A DNA stretch of 64,000 bases from Aulosira sp. ZfuVER01. GTDB taxonomy: Bacteria > Cyanobacteriota > Cyanobacteriia > Cyanobacteriales > Nostocaceae. The first letter of the stretch is position 1. The number at the start of each line of letters is the position of its first letter. Positions 29,385-38,436 of this stretch are shown here, in pieces. The notes below the pieces were generated by a model. That model was given only the letters and a program-made list of their open reading frames with translations. It was not told where the DNA came from and did no database searches. The translations under genes and the position numbers were made by a program. The stretch covers positions 1 to 64,000 of the forward strand of contig JAVRCV020000061.1 of the NCBI GenBank assembly GCA_034530615.2, in the 5' to 3' direction.

Positions 29385-30398
29385 TTAAAAAGAAATTCCA
29401 TAACCAATACCAAAGATAAAGCGGCTACCATCACCCGCATTACCAGTAATATCGGTAACTGCTGGGGTAACTACTAAAGGGATGTTCTTAAATGGTGTAA
29501 TTGATAATCCTAGGGTTAAATCTTGTCCAGTCCATTCTGCGATCGCATTCACTGGTTGAGCGACTCGTAAAGCTACACTACCAAAAACTCCGATAGAATC
29601 AACTTTATTTCTCATGTCCGATTCTGAACGAAATTGTCCACCACCAATACCAGCCGAAACGTAAAGGCGACTAAAAGATTTGCGATCGCTATCTTGCAGG
29701 CGAAACATTTTAGTCACTACACCATAAGCACTTGTACCACCGTCAGTTTCACCAAAAGTTACAAAATTCTTCACACCAACAGCTACAGCAAAATCATCTG
29801 GAAGTCTGCGATGTAATTTAAAACTTAGCGTCCCATCCTGAAGATTATCTAAGTCAACAATGCCTAAACTTACATCTAACCCAACTGACTTTTGCGCATC
29901 ACCGAAACCAATACCAAATCCGATTACGCCATCGGCTGTGTCAGTAAAGCGAGTTCGAGATTGTAGTCCTAAGCCTACAGAAGCACTGCCCCAAGATTTA
30001 CCATAGGCAGATGGTGTTTGAATAGTAATACCAGGAGATGTAACCGAACTCGACCGTTTTTTCCTAAAGACTGCGGGTATTCTCTGTGGTTGAAAAGGCT
30101 TTTGTTCTGGGTAGGCTGGTTCTATTTGTAGAGGTTGTTGTCCCACTGGCTTTGATGTTTGCTTGCTCGTGATTCCAGTATCCTGAGTTATGGAAAAAGG
30201 CGATATCTCTATCAATGTCGGAGGGGAAATTGTCGGAGTTACAGAATTTTGATTAAGTTGTGCTGCGGTCTTAAAAGCTTTCAAATCCTTTGATTCTGAA
30301 AACTCAACAGGAACAAATTCATCTTTATATGGAATTTTCGTAGAGAAACTATTACTATCTGTTGTGATGAGAGGATATTCTCCTAGAAAGTAAACCAT
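29385..30398 (-). CDS. Hypothetical protein with a putative outer-membrane beta-barrel C-terminal region
   Basis: P/S/T-rich N-terminus, Gly-rich alternating strands, C-terminal FIFGIGYGISF with terminal Phe. Confidence 0.6.
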   Translation of the reverse strand: MVYFLGEYPLITTDSNSFSTKIPYKDEFVPVEFSESKDLKAFKTAAQLNQNSVTPTISPPTLIEISPFSITQDTGITSKQTSKPVGQQPLQIEPAYPEQKPFQPQRIPAVFRKKRSSSVTSPGITIQTPSAYGKSWGSASVGLGLQSRTRFTDTADGVIGFGIGFGDAQKSVGLDVSLGIVDLDNLQDGTLSFKLHRRLPDDFAVAVGVKNFVTFGETDGGTSAYGVVTKMFRLQDSDRKSFSRLYVSAGIGGGQFRSESDMRNKVDSIGVFGSVALRVAQPVNAIAEWTGQDLTLGLSITPFKNIPLVVTPAVTDITGNAGDGSRFIFGIGYGISF

Positions 30399-30826
30399 AA
30401 TTTACCTATTTTAATTAATAATTATGTTTGTGATATTAGCATTACTGACGCTAAAACCGCAGGCAAATCAATGGTTGTAACAATTTGATATATGCTAAAT
30501 TTAATATTTAATTAAACTTTTTCTTACTGATAAATAAGTAAAGATTTTTAGGTTTTCATACTTGAGTTTTACTAGTGCATAAAACAAATATAAAACTAAG
30601 ATCCCAAATGTTTGATTTCATTTTTAAACGCAGAGGAACACAGAGTTCACGCAAAGGGGCGCGAAGGAAGATTTATTGAAGGCGATTCTGTTGTTTTTTA
30701 TGGGATGCTCTCGGCAGAGCTTAAGTTATTGCTTGAGATGGAGTGGTAATTTAACCTAATTGGGTGATGTTCTAAAAATACATTTCCTGTCAAGCTAAAA
30801 AAATCCGATCGCCAGGAGTACTGTTC

Positions 30827-31474
30827 TTGAACCAAATCAATCTCTGGACTTCTGCTGACCATGCCTTAAAATATCTGGCTAAGGCAGACTCTATACCCCA
30901 CCGTACTGAAGGTGAAGCAGTCTTACTAGAACACGTCCCCAAGACTGTAAAGCGCATTCTGGATTTAGGTACTGGTGATGGTCGTTTATTAGCACTACTC
31001 AAACTTGACCGTCCCCAGGCGCAAAGTATAGCTGTTGACTTTTCCGCAACCATGTTAGATGCGGTAAAAACGCGCTTTGCTGGCGATACAACAGTACAGG
31101 TAATTGCCCATAATTTAGATGAACCTCTGCCAGAATTAGGTTCTTTTGATGCAGTAGTTTCCAGCTTTGCTATTCATCACCTTACCCACGATCGCAAACT
31201 TTCTCTGTATGCAGAAATTTTTCAAATCTTGGAACCGGGTGGTATTTTCTGCAATTTAGAGCATGTTGCCTCTCCCACGCCAGCATTGCATGAGCATTTT
31301 TTACACTCAATTGGTTTTACCTTAGAAACTGAAGACCCATCCAATAAACTTTTAGATGTAGAAACACAACTGAGTTGGCTACGCAAGATTGGCTTTATTG
31401 ATGTGGATTGTTATTGGAAGTGGCTAGAACTGGCGCTATTGATTGGCTTGAAACCTAATTCAAGTAATGTTTGA
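30827..31474 (+). CDS. Class I SAM-dependent methyltransferase
   Basis: ILDLGTGDG, VDFS, FDAVVSSFAIHH, LEPGG; TTG start after aggag. Confidence 0.88.
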   Translation: MNQINLWTSADHALKYLAKADSIPHRTEGEAVLLEHVPKTVKRILDLGTGDGRLLALLKLDRPQAQSIAVDFSATMLDAVKTRFAGDTTVQVIAHNLDEPLPELGSFDAVVSSFAIHHLTHDRKLSLYAEIFQILEPGGIFCNLEHVASPTPALHEHFLHSIGFTLETEDPSNKLLDVETQLSWLRKIGFIDVDCYWKWLELALLIGLKPNSSNV

Positions 31475-31516
31475 GTTAGGATGTGAAGTGAAGAGAGCGA
31501 TAAAAAAGCGATCGCG

Positions 31517-32068
31517 ATGGTTGTAACTACAGCTAAGTGGACAATAGATGATTACCACCGCATGATTGCAGCCGGAATCTTAGACGAGCGGCGTGTGGAG
31601 TTGCTACAAGGAGAGATTTTCGAGATTTCACTAGAAGGCGAACCCCACGCCTATTTTAGTAGTAAGGCGGGGGAATATCTCACTCGGTTATTGGGCGAGC
31701 GCGCTACAATTCGTCCAGCTAAACCGATTACACTTCCTAACAACTCACAACCAGAACCAGATCTTGCGATCGTCCAACGCTTGGGGCGTGAATACCTAAA
31801 TCATCATCCCTATCCTGAAAATATTTTCTGGCTGATTGAATACTCTGATTCCAGCCTAGACAAAGATTTAGAGATTAAAACTAAAATCTATGCTGAAGCT
31901 GAAATACTTGAATATTGGGTGGTAAATCTCAAAAAAAGGCAGCTTATTGTATTTCGAGAGCCTCAAGATGGTGAGTATGCTTCCAAATCTACACTCACAG
32001 GTGGAACTATTTACCCAATAGCATTTCCAGATATAGCTGTTGCGGTAGATTTGATTGTCAGTACTTAA
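31517..32068 (+). CDS. Uma2 family endonuclease-like protein (DUF820)
   Basis: RVELLQGEI, PEPDLAIV, IEYSDSSL.KD, KIYA, EYWVV. Confidence 0.9.
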   Translation: MVVTTAKWTIDDYHRMIAAGILDERRVELLQGEIFEISLEGEPHAYFSSKAGEYLTRLLGERATIRPAKPITLPNNSQPEPDLAIVQRLGREYLNHHPYPENIFWLIEYSDSSLDKDLEIKTKIYAEAEILEYWVVNLKKRQLIVFREPQDGEYASKSTLTGGTIYPIAFPDIAVAVDLIVST

Positions 32069-32088
32069 ATTTGCCACACTACTTTATT

Positions 32089-33753
32089 ATGGATGTGCTT
32101 CATCCACTTTCAGATTTTATTGACTGCAATTCTCCTATCAGCAATGCATCACCAACTTACTACTATGAAGGATATTGCCCTCAAAGTGGTAATTTGCTGA
32201 GACTCCCACGCACTTCTTTGGTAGAAGCGATCGCTCAATGTTTAATGCAGCAACTTGCCAAAGATGAACTATATTCCCAAGAAGGCAAGATGTATGGAAT
32301 ATTGTTAGTTGAACTACCTAATGGTGAACAGCGGATTCTCAAAGCTTTCTCCGGGTTGCTGAATGCTTGCAGTGTAGTTGAAGGTTGGGTTCCACCGATT
32401 CCGGGACGAGAGGAAGTTGCTTTAGAAGAAGCCAAAACTTTGGCAGAATTGGAAGCTATCAAGCAAGAATTAATTACCTTAAACCAACTCCCCGAAAGAA
32501 AACAATACGAAACTCTGTCTCGTGAATTTGCACAGCAGTTGCAACAAATGCGCGATCGCCATCGCAATAGTAAACATCAGCGTCAAGAACAACGTCAGCT
32601 AATCTGCGAGACACTCACAGGCGAAACACTCACTGTTGCTATTGAAAAACTTGATGAAGAAAGCCGTCAGCAGGGAATTGAACAACGCCAACTCAAACGC
32701 CAGCAAAATGAAGTTTTGCAGCCACTCAAGCAGATAATCGCAGCAGCAGATACGCAGATGGAAGAACTTAAACAACAGCGTAAACAACTTTCCCGCCAAC
32801 TCCAAGCACAGATGCACGCAGCTTACACCCTGATGAATTTTTTGGGACAAACGCGATCGCTACAACAATTAATGCCACAAGGCTTACCTACTGGTACAGG
32901 TGACTGTTGCGCCCCCAAACTATTGCAATATGCGGCTACCCATAATTTAAAACCATTAGCAATGGCAGAATTTTGGTTAGGAACTAAGTCTGCTGATGGA
33001 GACAAAATTCCGGGAAGATTTTACGGTGCTTGTGCAGAACGCTGTCAGCCATTGATGGGGTTTTTGTTATCAGGTTTCTCAGAAATTAAATCTTCAACTC
33101 TCTTATCTATTAACCAAAATCAAGACGAAACACTATCTATTATTTACGAAGATAAATGGTTAATTGCCGTCAATAAACCCACAGGATTACTATCAGTTCC
33201 AGGTCGTTATTTTGATACTCAAGATAGCGTTCTTAGTCGTTTGCGAAATTTATTACCGGATGGGATGTCACTCAATACCGTGCATCGTCTAGATCGAGAC
33301 ACATCTGGTATTTTGTTATTAGCACGCGATCGCCAAACTTATCGCCAACTAGGCGTACAATTTCAGCTTCAGCAAGTACACAAAGTATATGAAGCCCTAC
33401 TTTCTGGAATTGTCACCGTTGACCGAGGTGTAATTGAATTGCCACTTTGGGGAAATCCCGATCATCGCCCTTATCAGCAAGTTGATTGGGAATACGGTAA
33501 ACCCAGCATCACCCATTTTCAAGTTCTAGCTAGAGAGGGAAACTATACTCGTGTTGAGTTTACACCGCTAACCGGACGCACCCATCAGTTAAGAGTTCAT
33601 GCTGCTGATGGGCTAGGGGTAGCTATTTTAGGCGATCGCCTTTATGGTGGTAATCAACTTGACAGTCGCTTATATTTGCACGCAAGGGAACTTTCCTTCC
33701 AGCATCCGCACTTGGGAGAAACCCTGCAAATACAGGCAAACACTCCATTTTGA
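32089..33753 (+). CDS. RluA-family pseudouridine synthase with a long N-terminal extension
   Basis: NKPTGLLS, VHRLDRDTSG, TGRTHQLRVH, ILGDRLY, LHA. Confidence 0.9.
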   Translation: MDVLHPLSDFIDCNSPISNASPTYYYEGYCPQSGNLLRLPRTSLVEAIAQCLMQQLAKDELYSQEGKMYGILLVELPNGEQRILKAFSGLLNACSVVEGWVPPIPGREEVALEEAKTLAELEAIKQELITLNQLPERKQYETLSREFAQQLQQMRDRHRNSKHQRQEQRQLICETLTGETLTVAIEKLDEESRQQGIEQRQLKRQQNEVLQPLKQIIAAADTQMEELKQQRKQLSRQLQAQMHAAYTLMNFLGQTRSLQQLMPQGLPTGTGDCCAPKLLQYAATHNLKPLAMAEFWLGTKSADGDKIPGRFYGACAERCQPLMGFLLSGFSEIKSSTLLSINQNQDETLSIIYEDKWLIAVNKPTGLLSVPGRYFDTQDSVLSRLRNLLPDGMSLNTVHRLDRDTSGILLLARDRQTYRQLGVQFQLQQVHKVYEALLSGIVTVDRGVIELPLWGNPDHRPYQQVDWEYGKPSITHFQVLAREGNYTRVEFTPLTGRTHQLRVHAADGLGVAILGDRLYGGNQLDSRLYLHARELSFQHPHLGETLQIQANTPF

Positions 33754-33826
33754 GCATATTGCTATAGAAAAACTCTGCGTTCCTCCGCGCTAACTTTGCG
33801 TCCCTCTGCGTTTCAAAACCTACTTA

Positions 33827-34306
33827 TTAATCTATCCGACAGCGCCCCTCAGTATTACAAAGTCGCTCTTGACGCTGGGCGACAACATCCTCTAACTTCG
33901 GTCGTCCGGTGATAGCGAGTCGCCATTTTGCCCAAACTCCATAGAGAAAATCTGCGATCGCACCAATAACAGGTAACTTGGTTATGGCATAAACCCAACC
34001 CATCCCTAAGACTTCGTAAACACGCCGAAACACCTCAACATTTTGCACTACTGTTCCATCTGGTAAAACTGCATGGATGCGCCCCATTGCGGTTTCAAAG
34101 TCTACTCCGCCATGCGCTTCGGGGTTATAATCATCGTCTGCAATATCGACAAATTTCACCAAGCCTCGTCCTGCATCTCGTTTTTGCAGAAAATTGACCT
34201 CGCGCATACATAAAGGACATTCACTGTCATACAACAGCTCAATTTTCCATGTCGGTGGAGTCAGCACTTGATTGGAAGTGTAGGATGGGGAATTTGATAA
34301 GGACAT
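33827..34306 (-). CDS. DCC1-like thiol-disulfide oxidoreductase (DUF393)
   Basis: LLYDSECPLC motif, FVDI, MGRIHA. Confidence 0.85.
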   Translation of the reverse strand: MSLSNSPSYTSNQVLTPPTWKIELLYDSECPLCMREVNFLQKRDAGRGLVKFVDIADDDYNPEAHGGVDFETAMGRIHAVLPDGTVVQNVEVFRRVYEVLGMGWVYAITKLPVIGAIADFLYGVWAKWRLAITGRPKLEDVVAQRQERLCNTEGRCRID

Positions 34307-34534
34307 AAATAATTGTTAAGTTTCTGGTACTTAAATTATTGTAGAAAATTTAAGGAATATAAATAAATATTTCAATCTGGATAATTTCTCAAAAATATGC
34401 ATTGCCTATGTACTTTTACATAACTCCAGCGATATAAATTTTTCTATGTCTACGGAAGTAAATACTTATTCACATTTATTTACAAATTCGATTAGAATGG
34501 CTGTATTCACAGATAAGTATTTTTTCTCATTGAC

Positions 34535-36223
34535 ATGATAGCGGATCGATTTCCTTGGCTTACCGCGATTGTTCTACTGCCACTGGTTGCTTCCTTATTC
34601 ATCCCTGTGCTGCCTGATAAAGATGGCAAGCGCGTGCGGTGGTATGCCTTTGGTGTAGGTATCGCAGACTTTATTTTGATGTGCTACGCCTTTTGGCAGC
34701 ATTACGATGCGAGCAGTGCTAGTTTTCAACTCGTGGAGAATTACGCCTGGATGCCGCAGTTAGGTTTGAACTGGGCTGTATCAGTCGATGGGTTGTCTGC
34801 TCCACTGGTGCTACTAGCAGGATTTGTCACCACACTCTCAATGTTTTCCGCATGGCAAGTCGATCGCAGACCGAAGCTATTCTACTTTCTCATGCTGGTG
34901 CTGTATTCGGCACAGATAGGGGTGTTTGTTGCTCAAGACTTGCTGCTGTTTTTCATCATGTGGGAAGTTGAGCTAATTCCTGTTTACCTCCTCGTCTGCA
35001 TTTGGGGTGGACAGAAGCGTCGCTACGCAGCTACAAAATTCTTGTTATATACCGCAGCCGCTTCTATATTTATTCTCGTAGCAGCACTGGCAATGGCGCT
35101 CTACGGTGGCGGTACGATGACCTTTGATATCGCTGCTTTGGGGATGAAAGATTTTCCCCTTGGTCTAGAACTACTACTATATGCAGGATTATTAATTGCC
35201 TTTGGTGTCAAGCTGGCTATTTTCCCTCTCCACACCTGGTTGCCAGATGCTCACGGTGAAGCATCGGCTCCTGTCTCGATGATTTTGGCGGGTGTGTTGC
35301 TGAAAATGGGCGGATATGGGTTAATTCGTTTAAACCTTGAACTTCTACCTGACGCACACGTTTACTTTGCACCTGTTTTAGCAATTCTGGGCGTTGTCAA
35401 CATTATCTATGGTGCGTTGAACTCCTTTGCTCAGACCAACATGAAGCGGCGCTTGGCGTATTCGTCAATTTCTCACATGGGATTTGTACTGCTGGGGATT
35501 GCGTCCTTCACCGATTTAGGAATCAACGGCGCAATGTTGCAGATGATTTCTCACGGTTTGATTGCATCAGTGCTGTTCTTCTTGGCAGGGGTGACTTATG
35601 ACCGTACCCACACCATGTCAATGGAAGATATGGGTGGTATCGGTCAAGCGATGCCCAAAGTATTTGCTCTGTTTACAATCGGTGCGATGGCTTCGTTGGC
35701 TCTCCCCGGTATGAGTGGCTTTGCTGGCGAACTTTCGGTGTTCGTTGGTTTGACTACTAGTGACGTTTACAGTTCGACTTTCTGCACAGTCACAGTTTTC
35801 TTAGCCGCAGTGGGAGTTATCCTCACACCAATCTATCTACTTTCCATGCTGCGACAAGTATTTTACGGCACTGGTAAAGCACCTAACTGTGACCTTGGAG
35901 ATGCAAGCTGGAAGTATCAAGAAGCTGAAGAAGCGGTTTGTTTTGGAACAGACTGCGTTGTCCCTACCGAAGCAGTATATAGAGATGCAAGTCCAAGGGA
36001 AGTGTTTATTGCTGCCTGTTTTATCGTGCTGATTGTTGGCATTGGTTTCTACCCCAAAGTAGCGATGCAGATGTACGATGTGAAGACTGTGGCAGTCAAT
36101 GCTCAAGTTCGCCAATCATATACCGTCATCTCGGAATCGAATCCCCGCGTTTATGCTAATGGATTCTTAGCTCCGAAGATTGCAGAGACTGAGTTAGCTC
36201 CAGTTTTGGCAACAATGAAGTAA
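34535..36223 (+). CDS. ndhD: NAD(P)H-quinone oxidoreductase subunit 4 (NdhD, probably NdhD2-type)
   Basis: [56 protein letters not shown]. Confidence 0.95.
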   Translation: MIADRFPWLTAIVLLPLVASLFIPVLPDKDGKRVRWYAFGVGIADFILMCYAFWQHYDASSASFQLVENYAWMPQLGLNWAVSVDGLSAPLVLLAGFVTTLSMFSAWQVDRRPKLFYFLMLVLYSAQIGVFVAQDLLLFFIMWEVELIPVYLLVCIWGGQKRRYAATKFLLYTAAASIFILVAALAMALYGGGTMTFDIAALGMKDFPLGLELLLYAGLLIAFGVKLAIFPLHTWLPDAHGEASAPVSMILAGVLLKMGGYGLIRLNLELLPDAHVYFAPVLAILGVVNIIYGALNSFAQTNMKRRLAYSSISHMGFVLLGIASFTDLGINGAMLQMISHGLIASVLFFLAGVTYDRTHTMSMEDMGGIGQAMPKVFALFTIGAMASLALPGMSGFAGELSVFVGLTTSDVYSSTFCTVTVFLAAVGVILTPIYLLSMLRQVFYGTGKAPNCDLGDASWKYQEAEEAVCFGTDCVVPTEAVYRDASPREVFIAACFIVLIVGIGFYPKVAMQMYDVKTVAVNAQVRQSYTVISESNPRVYANGFLAPKIAETELAPVLATMK

Positions 36224-36258
36224 GCTTTTCGACCTCTATTATCTGTTGAAAAATCAGC

Positions 36259-36289
36259 GCGATCGCTCTTTGTTGGGCGATCGTTTTTT
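36259..36289 (+). terminator. Putative terminator built from two HIP1-like octamers
   Basis: gcgatcgctc-tttgtt-gggcgatcgt followed by a T-run, downstream of ndhD. Confidence 0.55.
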
Positions 36290-36307
36290 ATATGAACCGA
36301 CGTAATA

Positions 36308-37144
36308 TTAAAAATTGACATTAATAATTTCTTCTCTTAACGTTTTCCATTCTGGAAGCCAAGTCCAAACATTTTCCGCTCGTTCTATTCTTGAAACAAT
36401 TTTTTCTAAAAAAACAGGAATTGGACTTCTAACCGCTGGGTTAGTTGGCTCAAATCCAAATTTAGTTAGTTGATTCCGCATCATCCACAGTAAGTCTTTG
36501 CCTGCAAAAAAGGTCAAGTAATTTTCAAACCGAAATCCACCAGAACTAAATGAAGGAAGCAACTCTTCAAATTTATTTAAAACGTTTTCTGGTGTAACAA
36601 TACGATCCCCTCTGTTCTGCTGAACTATTTGCCGTATGTTTTCCCTACAAGCCTCAGAGTTTAATCGTCTGGGGAAAAAATGATCTGATCCAAAGACTTG
36701 CGTAATTTGCTCGCCCCAAAAGTTTTTGAATTTAAAGCAGGCTAGGGCAGTACGAGCTGCTGTGTACTTTGCAATTTCTGTTGCAGCTTGATTGAGAGCT
36801 TCATTGTAAACTTCTATAGGTGGTGCTTTGGTTCCTAAAGCATTTTGCATAACTACTGGATCAATCAAATAATTTTCTATTTCTTTTCTTTGCCACTTCC
36901 AACCCACATATACTCCTTGATAATTGTAAGAAAGCGGTGAGTTTGTTGGCGTGAAGTCATAATCGTCAAAGTCTCGATCAACTATTCCAGCTAGATTTGG
37001 ATTGATTACTCTGTCGGCGATAATTTTCTCTATAAAATTTCTTCCACCGAGGGGGCGAATCTCACATTTGGGCAGAAGTTGACGAATAACTCTTATATCG
37101 TAGCTTCCAGAGTTGCCTTCACAGTAAATAACGTTTACAGACAC
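36308..37144 (-). CDS. TOPRIM-like (DUF4435/AriB-like) protein
   Basis: IYCEG...D, GIVDRDFD (DxD), KEIENYLID, GKD motifs; GTG at 37144 with gggag RBS overlaps the ATPase stop. Confidence 0.7.
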   Translation of the reverse strand: MSVNVIYCEGNSGSYDIRVIRQLLPKCEIRPLGGRNFIEKIIADRVINPNLAGIVDRDFDDYDFTPTNSPLSYNYQGVYVGWKWQRKEIENYLIDPVVMQNALGTKAPPIEVYNEALNQAATEIAKYTAARTALACFKFKNFWGEQITQVFGSDHFFPRRLNSEACRENIRQIVQQNRGDRIVTPENVLNKFEELLPSFSSGGFRFENYLTFFAGKDLLWMMRNQLTKFGFEPTNPAVRSPIPVFLEKIVSRIERAENVWTWLPEWKTLREEIINVNF

Positions 37145-38238
37145 AATACTCCCTCTGATAGGCGATATGTGTCGCTTTGACCAATGACATTGCTGACAGT
37201 TTCGGAGTGAGTTGTGACAAGAAACTGGCAAGTTGGCTCAATCTTAAGTAGTTGACCAATCAAAAATTGGGCTGTTGGGGGATGCAAATTCAAGTCTATT
37301 TCATCAATTAGTACAACTGAGTATGCAATTTGCTGTCTAACAAACTCATATAGGATTGGAAAGATTGATTGCTCACCTGCAGACATTTCAACAAGGTCAT
37401 AGGTGCGATTTCCATCACTCAAGAGGAAGTACGTACTCTCTTCTGTAGGCGAATCTATACTCGGTAAATTTTCTAGACCCCAAAAGGAACGATCGGGGAA
37501 TATCTTTTTATATAGTCGTTCTAACTGACTGAGGTAATTATTCCCAGAACTGATGCCAGCTTCTTGCTTACGTCTCCACTCAATCAGATATTGCCGTAAA
37601 CGACCAACACCTGACTCAAAAGAAATTCCACTGCTAAAGTCTTTGGCACTTTCTCCTCCTTCTTGGTTAGTATTCGATCCCAAATTACGAAATTGATCAA
37701 ACCAAAAAACTCCTGGAAGTTTAGAGAAATAATGGCGAACAGATTGATCGCCTCGATTGATAAACCATTGTGCATAGTAGCGTCCGCGGAATTGAGCACG
37801 TTCCTGGGGTGTATTGCCAGCTTTCCAGTAATCCCCACTTAGTACAACTTTGACTATATGGCTGTTGCCTGGCGTTACAAAGTCTCGATCTGAACGAAAC
37901 TCCTGTGGCTGTGACTCATACCATCTTTTAGCAATTTCACGAGTTGCTTCCAGTTCTTCTTGTTCAAAAGATATCTCCAATTCAATTCTTGGGGTTCCCC
38001 ATCGCCAGTAGCGTCCTGGTAGAAATCCAATCCAATCAAACTCAGAAAAGCTCTGAATCCTTCCAGTTGCTAGTGCTAATGGCAGGGCAACTGCCTGTAA
38101 CAATGTCGTCTTGCCAGAACCATTGTCTCCTAAAATTAGGAAGCGATCGCTGGCTTCATTAAGAGTTTTGTTTTTAAAAGAAACTGTCAAAGCTCCAAAT
38201 TTTTTGAAGTTTTCAATGGAGATGGATTCTACCTTCAC
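37135..38238 (-). CDS. ABC-type AAA_15/AAA_21-like ATPase (AriA/OLD-like)
   Basis: ISIENFKKF, GDNGSGKT, MSAGEQ signature, VVLIDEIDLNLHP, VTTHS. Confidence 0.88.
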   Translation of the reverse strand: MKVESISIENFKKFGALTVSFKNKTLNEASDRFLILGDNGSGKTTLLQAVALPLALATGRIQSFSEFDWIGFLPGRYWRWGTPRIELEISFEQEELEATREIAKRWYESQPQEFRSDRDFVTPGNSHIVKVVLSGDYWKAGNTPQERAQFRGRYYAQWFINRGDQSVRHYFSKLPGVFWFDQFRNLGSNTNQEGGESAKDFSSGISFESGVGRLRQYLIEWRRKQEAGISSGNNYLSQLERLYKKIFPDRSFWGLENLPSIDSPTEESTYFLLSDGNRTYDLVEMSAGEQSIFPILYEFVRQQIAYSVVLIDEIDLNLHPPTAQFLIGQLLKIEPTCQFLVTTHSETVSNVIGQSDTYRLSEGVLCL

Positions 38239-38348
38239 CTGTCTTTTACTCTCCTATCTGGTAGTTAACACCAATCATATCTTTATCCCTACAAGGCTGC
38301 ATTTTAAAGGTTGAAAAGACAATTTTTAAGTTTGCGATCGCCTATATT

Positions 38349-38422
38349 GAGTATCAAAGCCTCATTAATGGAGCAAAAAGCCTCATTAATGGAGTTCCGA
38401 GCTTCATTCACGAGTATCAAAG
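38349..38422 (-). repeat. About 3.5 x 21-nt units, same family as the 171-454 array (reverse orientation)
   Basis: gagcaaaaagcctcattaat is the reverse complement of attaatgaggctttttgctc. Confidence 0.85.
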
Positions 38423-38436
38423 ATAAATCTTTCGCT

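Noticed and set aside
30597..33812. Composite transposon bounded by inverted cgcagag-type repeats (about 30628 and 33774)
   Set aside because: These are degenerate dispersed repeats; no transposase or target duplication, and the enclosed genes look ordinary.
37145..37231. N-terminal extension of the TOPRIM-like ORF (MPVSCHN...)
   Set aside because: Lies within the ATPase CDS; GTG at 37144 has an RBS and starts right at the TOPRIM strand.
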